Assembly (NCBI GenBank): GCA_963794635.1
Contig: CAWCET010000006.1
Span: forward strand, 392,469 to 456,468
Length of the DNA: 64,000 bases
Source: an uncultured Solirubrobacteraceae bacterium
Lineage (GTDB): Bacteria; Actinomycetota; Thermoleophilia; Solirubrobacterales; Solirubrobacteraceae
Direction: 5' to 3'
Shown here: positions 48,923-56,238 of the stretch, piece by piece
How the letters are laid out: every line of letters starts with the position of its first letter
Numbering within the stretch: position 1 is the first letter of the stretch
The notes under the pieces: model-generated
Databases searched by the model: none
What the model was told of the DNA's origin: nothing
What the model saw: only the letters and a program-made list of their open reading frames with translations
Position numbers and translations under genes: made by a program

Positions 48923-49420
48923 TCAGCCCGAGCTTTCGAACGAGGTCCCGGAGCCCGAACCAGAGCCGCCGGAGGAATGGGGAGCCGGGGACGGGCTGGG
49001 CGCAGGAGCCGTCGGTTTGCTGACTTCCGGCGCAGGCGTGACCGGGGTCACCGTCGGGGTGGGCGCGGGCGTCGAGACGGCCGGCGTCGTCGGCGTGACC
49101 GTCGGCGTGACCGTCGGGGTCACCGCCGGCTGGGAGCTCTTGGCGGGCACGCTCGGTTTGGGCGCCGGCGGCGCCGGGCGCACGACGGCGAGCTTGATCG
49201 CGGGTGCCGCGACAAGCGCTGCCGGAACCGGGGTGGAAACGGCGGGCAGGCGCGGCGGGGTGCGTTCCACCACCGCTTCGCCCGAGCGGCGGATGTGGCC
49301 GACGCCGAACGCGGCGGCGAAGACGGCGGCGATCGCGGCGCACCAGATCGCGACCCGCCGCGGCTCGAATCGGCGTCCGACGGGGCGGGTCCTGCGTCGC
49401 TCGAGGGGGTGCGTGCTCAT
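48923..49420 (-). CDS. membrane-anchored Pro/Thr-rich protein (165 aa)
   Basis: The ATG at 49420 overlaps the upstream stop (ATGA). TM is VAIWCAAIAAVFAAAFGVG, followed by TPTVTPTVTPTTPAVSTPAPTPTVTPVTP. Confidence 0.6.
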   Translation of the reverse strand: MSTHPLERRRTRPVGRRFEPRRVAIWCAAIAAVFAAAFGVGHIRRSGEAVVERTPPRLPAVSTPVPAALVAAPAIKLAVVRPAPPAPKPSVPAKSSQPAVTPTVTPTVTPTTPAVSTPAPTPTVTPVTPAPEVSKPTAPAPSPSPAPHSSGGSGSGSGTSFESSG

Positions 49421-50790
49421 GAGGAGGGGCAGACGATCGGGGCTTCTCCCGTGCTCAGGCAGTTGTCGGTCCTTCTGGGGAGCTTGCCACGCCGCGGCAC
49501 GAAGCGCGTCAACTTGCCGATCTGGCCCGCTTTGGTGACGCGGATTTCCAGCACGGCCCCCGCCGCGAGCGAGTGCGCGAAGCGCGGGAACGAGAGCAGC
49601 GCGGTGCCGGGAGTGTCCGACTGCTTGGTGGCCGTGGCGACGCGGCTCTGCGAGGTCGTGCGCACGCCCGTGCCGCGGATCCGCACGGTCACCCGCGCCG
49701 AGATCGGAGCGGAGACCGTCACGAGCGTGAGCTTGACGCCGCCGGGGGTCTCCCGCCCGGCGATTCTGACGATCGGGAACGGTTCCATCAGCGTCGCAGC
49801 CTGATGGTGGACCACGATCGTCTGCGTGGAGGTCGCCGAGCGGCCGGCCGCGTCGGTGACCTGGAGCCGGACGACGTGGGCGCCCGGCGTCGAGAAGGTC
49901 GTCGTCGTCGTCGCGTGGCCGGTGTGGAACGGTTCGGTCGCGGTCAGCCCCCAGGCAAAGGTCGTGATCGGCGAGTTCGCGTCGGTGGCGCTCGAGACGA
50001 GCGTGACGGTTTCGCCGACGCGGGGCTGTTCGGGGAACCACGTGAAGGAGGCCGACGGCGGTGGCGGCGGCGGCTGGGCCAGCACCGTGATCGCGACCGG
50101 GCCGCTGGTGCCGACGTTGCCGGCCGCGTCGCTCTGCTGGGCCTGAAGGGTGTAGCTGCCGGGCGCGAGCCCGGCGAGCGCGCCGGACCAGGAGCCTCCG
50201 GCGGCGGCCATTTCGACGGACTCGATCGGTGCGGCTGCGAGCTCGGCGCCCGCGAAGACGTCGACGAGGACGCTTTCACGGTCGCCCGGCGCCGTGCCCG
50301 CGGCGCCGCTGACGGGAATCGCGCCCGTGTAGTACCTCGCGCCGGGGGAGGGGGAGGAGATGGAGGGGGACGGAGCCGTGGTGTCGACCGTGAACGTGAC
50401 GGGCGAGCTCTTGCTCGCTTCCTGTTCTTCGACGTTCTCTTCCGCGACGATCGTGTAGACGCCGGCCGTGAGCGGCTTTTCGAGCGCCGCGTCCCAGTCG
50501 GTGCAGGTTTCCGAGCCGAGGGCCGCTCGGTCGACGACAGGACCTTCAGCTGCGGTCCCTTCGTAGACCCTCACCGTCACTTCGCACCACCCGCTGGCGT
50601 CTGGTTCGAGCGCACCGACGATCGCCGGGTCCGTTTCATGGACGTATGAGCCCGTGGTCGGGCTCACGATCCGCAGGGTCGGCGCGGCTGCCGAGGCGCT
50701 TCCCGCGCTCAGAGCCAGCATGCAGCTCGCCGCGGCGGCGATCCCTGCCAGCCGTCCGAGCACGGGCGCTGTCGATCTGATCAGGCGCAC
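49417..50790 (-). CDS. secreted protein: 2 Ig-like repeats + PKD domain + unassigned C-terminal module
   Basis: The GTG start overlaps the upstream stop by 10 nt. Signal peptide ends ...LSAGSASAAAP. PKD-like segment is FTWFPEQPRVGETVTLVSSATD...VRLQVTDAAGRS. The C-terminal 120 aa are shared with the upstream gene. Confidence 0.8.
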   Translation of the reverse strand: MRLIRSTAPVLGRLAGIAAAASCMLALSAGSASAAAPTLRIVSPTTGSYVHETDPAIVGALEPDASGWCEVTVRVYEGTAAEGPVVDRAALGSETCTDWDAALEKPLTAGVYTIVAEENVEEQEASKSSPVTFTVDTTAPSPSISSPSPGARYYTGAIPVSGAAGTAPGDRESVLVDVFAGAELAAAPIESVEMAAAGGSWSGALAGLAPGSYTLQAQQSDAAGNVGTSGPVAITVLAQPPPPPPSASFTWFPEQPRVGETVTLVSSATDANSPITTFAWGLTATEPFHTGHATTTTTFSTPGAHVVRLQVTDAAGRSATSTQTIVVHHQAATLMEPFPIVRIAGRETPGGVKLTLVTVSAPISARVTVRIRGTGVRTTSQSRVATATKQSDTPGTALLSFPRFAHSLAAGAVLEIRVTKAGQIGKLTRFVPRRGKLPRRTDNCLSTGEAPIVCPSS

Positions 50791-53700
50791 GGGATCGGTT
50801 TCGGTTCGGTCGAGCTGACGCAGGCATCCGAGCGGAGCGGGAGCCTGCCCTTGCGAACTGCAAAGCGCGTGTACTTGCCGATCCTCCCCGCCTCGGTGAT
50901 CCTGATTTCAAGCGCCACCCCCGCCGGCAGAGCGCGCTGGAGTCTCGGGAACGTGAGCACGGGCAGGCCCGTGGACTTGCCCTTCGGCCGGACGACGGCA
51001 CGCGAGAGGGTGCGTACCGGGCAGCCCGTGCCCTTGCAGACGACCGTGACGTTCGCCCCGGCGGGCGCTTCGACGCTCAGCACCTTCAGATGCAGGCGAC
51101 CACCCGAGCGCGTCGTGAGGATGCGCACCGTGGGGAAGGGATGCATCAACGGGAAGCTGACCGGGATCTGCTGCAGGGAGACGCCCGAACGGCCCGTCCC
51201 GTCGGTGACTCGCAGCTGAACCGGGTGGTTTCCGGGAGTGGTGAAGGTGATCGTGCGACGCTGGGCACCGGGCGTGAAGCCCGTGCCCATGAGGTTCCAC
51301 GCGTAGCTGGCGATCGGGCTCGTCGCGTCGCTCGAAGTGGAGACCAGCGTTACGAGTTCACCGGTGCGAGGGTGTGACGGGAACCAGCTGAAGCCGACGG
51401 TCGGCCCTCCCGCGGGCGAGGAATCCGTCACGTCGGTGAAGGAGTGCGCGCTCGTGCCCACGTTGCCGGCTTCATCGCTCTGGGAGACGAGCACCGTGTA
51501 CTGGCCGGGCACGAGCCCGCCGAGGGTGGCCGACCACTCGCCGCCGGCGGCGAGGACGGTGACCGTCTGCGCGGCAGTGCCTGCAGCGGATCCGCCCGCG
51601 AACAGCTGCACCGTCACGGCGTTCAGATCGTGGGCGGCCGTTCCCGAGGTCCCGTGGAAGGAGACCGTTGAGCCGCTGACGGTCGCGCCCTGGGCGGGCG
51701 CCTGAACGGACACGATCGGCGCCACGGTGTCGATGGTGAAGTCCTGCGGGGCCGTTGCGCCCGTCGAGCCGCCCAGGGTCTTCTGCCAAGCGACGGCCTC
51801 GTATTCGCCGTCGGCCAACGGCTGCGTGAGCGTGGCCGACCAATCGCCCCCTGCCGCGGACACGGCTTCAGGTTCTCTGGGTTCGGCCTTGCATTCGGCC
51901 GTCGGGAGCTTGCAGATGGCCACGTGAACCGGCGTCGTTTCGCTCGCGGTCCCGGTGAAGGTCGGCGTCGAGGTGTCCAGCTGTGCTTTGACCAGGGCCA
52001 GCGTGACGCTCGGCGCCAGCGGATCGACGATGAATTCGAACTTCGCGACACCTGCTTCATTGCCGAGCGAGCTCGCCTGGGTGGCCGTCGCCGTATAGCT
52101 CGCTTTGGTCGACGGAAGCGTCAGCTTCCCGGCGGGGATGGACCACGCGCCGCCGCTCACCGGAACTGTTTCTTTGAAGACTTCTTTCCCTCCGGGCAGC
52201 TTCACGACGAACGTCACCGGCCCGGTGTCGCTCGCTGTGCCGCTGAAGGACGGTTTCGTTTCTTTGGAAGGCGTCGCGATCGGCGTGATCGTCACCGTCG
52301 GCGGCAGCGTGTCGAGGACGTAGGGCGATTCCGCCCGGCCTTCCGGGTTGCCGGGGATGCTGCTCTGCTCGGTCGCGAGGATGGTGTAGGTGTGTTCTCC
52401 GGCCGGGAGCTCGGGCGAGACGGAGCCCGTTTCCCATTTCGTGCCGCTGGGGGTCGCTTCGGCCACCGCGACCTGGTGGCCTCCTTCGAGCACCTGCACG
52501 ACGACCCGCTTCGTGTCGCTCGTCGTCCCCGAGAACCTGGGCGAGCGTTCGTTCGAGGGCGACCTGAACGGTTTGAGCGTGAGCGCGGGCGCCGCCGTGT
52601 CCACGACGAAGTGGACTTCTCCGCTGCGACCCGTGCCGTTGCCGAACCCGCCCGTCTGTTCGGCGACCGCCGTGTAGCTGCCGTCGCCGAGCGCCGGGCT
52701 CGTCGCACCGGAGCTCCACGACGCCCCGGTACCGCTCGCGTGAGCTTCGGCCACCAGCGCCCCCGCGGCGTTGCCGCCCGCGTAAACGTGCACCGTGACC
52801 GGCGTGCTTTCGCTCGCGAACCCGCTGAAGGACGGGGCGGCGTCGTTGCTCGGGGTCGCGATCGCCGCCATCGAGACGCTCGGCGGGGACGTTTCGACCG
52901 TGAAGTGGATCGCGCCGCTGACGCCCGGCCCGTTCCCGAAGCCGCTTTCCTGTTCGGCCACCGCCGTGTAGCTGCCGTTCGCCAGCGCGGGCGAAGCGGG
53001 TCCGGAATTCCACGACCCCCCCGTACCGGATGCCTGCGCTTCCGCCACTGGGCTTCCGCCCGCAGAGCCGCCGTCGTAGATGCGGACCACCACCGTCGAG
53101 CCTTCGCTCGCGCTGCCGCTGAACGACGGCGTGCGGTCGTCGGTCGGGGAGGAGATGCCGTTGAGCGAGACGCTCGGCTTGGACGCGTGCACCTCGAAGG
53201 TCGTCGGCTCGCTGAAGCCCGCTTCGTTGCCGATCGAGCTCCTCTGTTCGGCGATCGCCGTGTAGGTCCCGTCGCCCAGCGGCCCCACCGAGGACGAGGA
53301 CCACGCGCCGCCGCTCGGGTTCGCCGAGACCTCCGCCGCGAGCGAACCTCCCGGCGAGGACCCTCTGAACACGTAGACGGTCACAGGTTCGCTCGGGTCG
53401 CTCGCGGTCCCGCTGAAGGACGGCGTCGAGTCGTTCGTCGGCGACGGGATCCCGTTCAGGCTCACTTCCGGGCTGCGCGTCTCGACCGTGAAGCCGACCG
53501 GTCCCGCATGCGCGGTTTCGCCGGTGAGCGTTTCGGTCTGTTCGGCTTCGACGCTGTAGCTCGCTTCCCCGAGCTCGGAGGGCAGCTGCAGCGACCAGCC
53601 GCCACCGCCGTTGGGTGTCGTCTGCGCGCTTTCGTAGAAGGAGCCGTTCCTGAAGACCGTGACGGTCACGGCGTCTTCGGTGTCGCTGGAGAAGCCCGAG

Positions 53701-53843
53701 AAGACCGGGTGCGTGTCGCCGGTCACTTCGCCGGAGCTCGGCGATTCGATCGAGACGAACGGCGCCGCCAGGGCAGGAGCAACCGACGTGGCAAATGCCA
53801 CGGCCGTCAGAAGCAGCCCCGCAAGCAGGGCGCGTTCGATCAT
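50781..53843 (-). CDS. secreted protein: 8 tandem Ig-like repeats + PKD domain + unassigned C-terminal module (1020 aa)
   Basis: ATG 53843 is preceded by AGGAGA. Signal peptide is MIERALLAGLLLTAVAFATSVAPALAAP. Repeats carry the motif P.FSG.ASD...V.V......G..WS.......L.DG.Y...A.Q....GN. Confidence 0.85.
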   Translation of the reverse strand: MIERALLAGLLLTAVAFATSVAPALAAPFVSIESPSSGEVTGDTHPVFSGFSSDTEDAVTVTVFRNGSFYESAQTTPNGGGGWSLQLPSELGEASYSVEAEQTETLTGETAHAGPVGFTVETRSPEVSLNGIPSPTNDSTPSFSGTASDPSEPVTVYVFRGSSPGGSLAAEVSANPSGGAWSSSSVGPLGDGTYTAIAEQRSSIGNEAGFSEPTTFEVHASKPSVSLNGISSPTDDRTPSFSGSASEGSTVVVRIYDGGSAGGSPVAEAQASGTGGSWNSGPASPALANGSYTAVAEQESGFGNGPGVSGAIHFTVETSPPSVSMAAIATPSNDAAPSFSGFASESTPVTVHVYAGGNAAGALVAEAHASGTGASWSSGATSPALGDGSYTAVAEQTGGFGNGTGRSGEVHFVVDTAAPALTLKPFRSPSNERSPRFSGTTSDTKRVVVQVLEGGHQVAVAEATPSGTKWETGSVSPELPAGEHTYTILATEQSSIPGNPEGRAESPYVLDTLPPTVTITPIATPSKETKPSFSGTASDTGPVTFVVKLPGGKEVFKETVPVSGGAWSIPAGKLTLPSTKASYTATATQASSLGNEAGVAKFEFIVDPLAPSVTLALVKAQLDTSTPTFTGTASETTPVHVAICKLPTAECKAEPREPEAVSAAGGDWSATLTQPLADGEYEAVAWQKTLGGSTGATAPQDFTIDTVAPIVSVQAPAQGATVSGSTVSFHGTSGTAAHDLNAVTVQLFAGGSAAGTAAQTVTVLAAGGEWSATLGGLVPGQYTVLVSQSDEAGNVGTSAHSFTDVTDSSPAGGPTVGFSWFPSHPRTGELVTLVSTSSDATSPIASYAWNLMGTGFTPGAQRRTITFTTPGNHPVQLRVTDGTGRSGVSLQQIPVSFPLMHPFPTVRILTTRSGGRLHLKVLSVEAPAGANVTVVCKGTGCPVRTLSRAVVRPKGKSTGLPVLTFPRLQRALPAGVALEIRITEAGRIGKYTRFAVRKGRLPLRSDACVSSTEPKPIPCA
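51426..53762 (-). repeat. eight tandem ~95-100-aa Ig-like coding repeats
   Basis: Repeat boundaries, read from the translation in ORF numbering, are about aa 62, 156, 255, 353, 451, 547, 642 and 741-840. Copies 2-4 are the most similar to each other. Confidence 0.8.
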
Positions 53844-53970
53844 TCTCCTAGGCCTCAAGGGAGACCCGCCATTGTTTGATCTGTCTCCAAGCCGGGTCCC
53901 CCGGCTGGCTCCGACACCCCTCCAGGTGCCCCTTGGAGCCTCCATTGCGGAATCTGTTCCGCTGGGTCAA

Positions 53971-53999
53971 ATCATAAGCGCGAAACGCGTCTACCGCAA
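53971..53999 (-). promoter_or_regulatory. putative sigma70-type promoter for the Ig-repeat operon
   Basis: Minus strand reads TTGCGG (53999-53994), 17-nt spacer, TATGAT (53976-53971). This would give a leader of about 120 nt. Confidence 0.35.
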
Positions 54000-54087
54000 A
54001 GGGATTAGCGCACGTTGCGGGCCTGTTTGGCACGTTTGGGCAGGTTCGGCGTAGAGTCAGCGGCAGGCAACCCCAGAGGGAGGATCC

Positions 54088-54548
54088 ATGTTGCGCTTCG
54101 TTCCCTTGTCAAAGCTGCTTCGAGCGGCGTCGGGTTGGCGCCTGTCTGCACTCTGCGCGGCCACCTGCGCCGCCGCCCTCAGCCCAGCGGCGCAGGCGCG
54201 AACCGCGGACCACACGCCGCCTGAATTCGCCGGCCTGGCTTCGGCCACGACGTGCATCCCGGGCCCGTCGGCCCGGGGATCGCGACCAGCTACCACCTGA
54301 GCTGGGAAGCGGCCAGCGACAACCACACCAAGCCGAAGCGGATCGTCTACGCGATCTACCAGGCGACCCGGCCCGGCGGCGAGGACTTCTCACAGCCGAC
54401 CTACATCTCCAAGCACGGCGCGACGAGCTTCGAAACGCCGAAGCTGCCTTCGAGCGAGAGCTGGTTCTTCGTGGTGAGGGCCCGCGACCGCGCCGGCAAC
54501 GAAGACTCGAACACCGTCGAGCGCGAAGGCGTGAACCTCTGCGTCTGA
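54088..54548 (+). pseudogene. signal-peptide FN3-like protein split by an apparent -1 frame change (or sequence error)
   Basis: ATG 54088 has a strong SD (GGGAGGA) and a signal peptide (…ALCAATCAAALSPAAQA). That frame stops at 54300. The domain continues in the -1 frame from ~54264 (…SYHLSWEAASD…FVVRARDRAGNED…), around the cccgggcccg run. Confidence 0.55.
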
Positions 54549-54639
54549 GCGAGGTGCGCCAAGGGCGGCGGCGTCGCCCCTGGCGTTGAGGTCCGAAACC
54601 CGCCGGCGAACGGGGTGGACCCGGGGTAGGCTCGGCGCG

Positions 54640-55137
54640 ATGAACGCGAAGGAGACAGTGCGTGCGCTCTACGCGGCCTACGCCACGCGAGACGCAGATC
54701 GCATCAAGGCGATCCTGCATCCCGATGCGATCTGGGTGGCTCCGGCGGGGAACGCCACGCAGGTCGCTCTCGGGCTCGGAGACCCTGACGATGCCGGACC
54801 GCCGCAGGGCCTCAACGACCTGGACCGGGACGCGATCGCGACGTTCATGGCCCATGACTACCCGAGGTTCTTCTCCGACGTGACATTCGAGCCTCGGTCG
54901 ATGGTCGCCGAGGGTGACCTGGTGCTGACCGAGCACAGGATGTCGGCGACGCTCCCCAACGGACGGCCCTACGTCAACGACTACTGCTTCGCCTATGAGG
55001 TCGCCGACGGACAGGTCACGGCGATCCGCGAGTACATGGACACGCGGGGCGGCTGGCTGCAGGTGTTCGGCGGCGAGAGGTCGGAGATCCTGCTGGAGGG
55101 CACGAAGCCCGGCTCTGAGGAGGCTCGGCGGGCTTAG
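54640..55137 (+). CDS. SnoaL/ketosteroid-isomerase-like (NTF2) protein
   Basis: 165 aa: MNAKETVRALYAAYATRDADRIKAILHPD..W......Y.F.YEV.DG.VT.IREYMD. Confidence 0.7.
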   Translation: MNAKETVRALYAAYATRDADRIKAILHPDAIWVAPAGNATQVALGLGDPDDAGPPQGLNDLDRDAIATFMAHDYPRFFSDVTFEPRSMVAEGDLVLTEHRMSATLPNGRPYVNDYCFAYEVADGQVTAIREYMDTRGGWLQVFGGERSEILLEGTKPGSEEARRA

Positions 55138-55910
55138 CCCTCAGCTCGAGGGGTCGCGATGCCGGCCTGTTCCAGGTTGGAGCGGTGCGGACCCGAGAGC
55201 CATCCGGCGCCCGGCCCCAGGCGCGCGTCGGCCGGCTCCTCCCCGCGGCGCAGCGCGTCGATGTAGGCGCGATCGGCAGCCACGCGTGCCGCCACCTCTG
55301 GGCCCTCGGCGACGGAGCCGTGGCCGGGCACCACCACGTCGGCCTGCTCGGCGAGCTCTCCCAGCCGGTCGAGCGCCGCCTCGTAGGCGCCCACCTGATC
55401 CGGGCGGCGCGAGTCCAGCAGCGGGATCAGGACATCGGAGAGCATGTCGCCGGCCAGCAGCACGCGACGGTCAGAGAGCAGGACCGCCGCGTGGCCGACG
55501 GCGTGCGCCTCGTGCTCGATGATCTCGCCCGGCACCGGTCCCCCGGCAGCGGGCAGCGGGGTGACGAGGGCGACCAGCTCGAGCGGGACGCCCGATGCGC
55601 TGTCCGCCGCCATCGCCCGGGCGCGCTCACGGGCCTCGCCCGCGACCCGGGCGCACGCGGCGGTCGCGTAGCGCGGGACTTCGCCGAACCGCTCGTGCCA
55701 GAGGAGGTGGTCCCAGTGCGGGTGGGTCGAGAAGCCGGCGACGACCGGGATGCCGAGCTGATCGAGGTCATCCGCGAGCTGCTCCAGCTCGGAACCGTGG
55801 ATGCCGGGATCGACCACGACGAGCCCGTCGTCCCCCCGCACCACGATGGAGTTGGTCCAGACCCACTCGCTCTGCCGGATCCAGACCCCGTCGGCGACCT
55901 GCGTCAGCAT
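55134..55910 (-). CDS. MBL-fold metallo-hydrolase
   Basis: 258 aa: STHPHWDHLLW (HxHxDH) and VVPGHG. Convergent 4-nt overlap with the previous gene. Confidence 0.8.
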   Translation of the reverse strand: MLTQVADGVWIRQSEWVWTNSIVVRGDDGLVVVDPGIHGSELEQLADDLDQLGIPVVAGFSTHPHWDHLLWHERFGEVPRYATAACARVAGEARERARAMAADSASGVPLELVALVTPLPAAGGPVPGEIIEHEAHAVGHAAVLLSDRRVLLAGDMLSDVLIPLLDSRRPDQVGAYEAALDRLGELAEQADVVVPGHGSVAEGPEVAARVAADRAYIDALRRGEEPADARLGPGAGWLSGPHRSNLEQAGIATPRAEG

Positions 55911-56015
55911 CGGCCTACTGTGTCAGCTGGCCCCGGGTAACACGGGAAAGCCCGTGCTCACGGCGCAGGGCGGCCCGGCCGAGCGCCGCGCGGCTTCAGC
56001 GAGCTGCCTGAGACG

Positions 56016-56056
56016 CAAAAGCCCAGGAACGCCCACGAGACGGGCGTTCCTGGGCT
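56016..56056 (-). terminator. rho-independent terminator downstream of tRNA-Ser
   Basis: Minus strand has a 14-15-bp perfect stem (GCCCAGGAACGCCC / GGGCGTTCCTGGGC) with a 7-nt loop, followed by CTTTTG. Confidence 0.7.
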
Positions 56057-56062
56057 CTACAG

Positions 56063-56152
56063 CGGAGGGGGGGAGATTCGAACTCCCGGTACGCCAATCA
56101 GACGCACAACGGTTTTCGAGACCGCCGCATTCAACCGCTCTGCCACCCCTCC
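56063..56152 (-). tRNA. tRNA-Ser (anticodon CGA), class II with a long variable arm
   Basis: GGAGGGGTGGCAGAGCGGTTGAATGC...GGTCTCGAAAACC...GGGAGTTCGAATCTCCCCCCCTCCG. The 7-bp acceptor stem pairs, the T-loop is TTCGAAT, and the anticodon loop is CT-CGA-AA. No encoded CCA. Confidence 0.9.
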
Positions 56153-56238
56153 GGGTGGATGCCCGACAAGGCTAGATGATCCAGTCGCCGGCGCGAAGGA
56201 CCGCCCGGCGCACCGCGGCCTCGCTGCCCCGCACGCCT

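Noticed and set aside
49025-49132. Short periodic DNA repeats, here and at 23593-23901 and 46175-46402, considered as a CRISPR or VNTR array
   Set aside because: The repeats are 9-15 nt, imperfect, lack unique spacers and lie in-frame inside ORFs, where they encode Pro/Thr/Val/Ala-rich linkers. They are coding low complexity, not CRISPR.
53844-53964. c-di-GMP riboswitch (GEMM-I/II) in the leader of the Ig-repeat operon
   Set aside because: I could not find the conserved GEMM cores (e.g. GGCAAA...GACGCAAAGCC) by eye. It is kept only as a generic structured-leader hypothesis.
56016-56152. tRNA-Ser as a genomic-island integration site
   Set aside because: There is no integrase, recombinase or phage gene nearby, and I could not see a direct repeat of the tRNA 3' end elsewhere in the window. 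tadA followed by tRNA-Ser is a common conserved arrangement.
56057-56238. C-terminal extension of the tadA ORF across tRNA-Ser
   Set aside because: A protein-coding frame running through a tRNA gene and its flank is implausible. It is explained by the 1-nt frame problem near 56272 (see findings).
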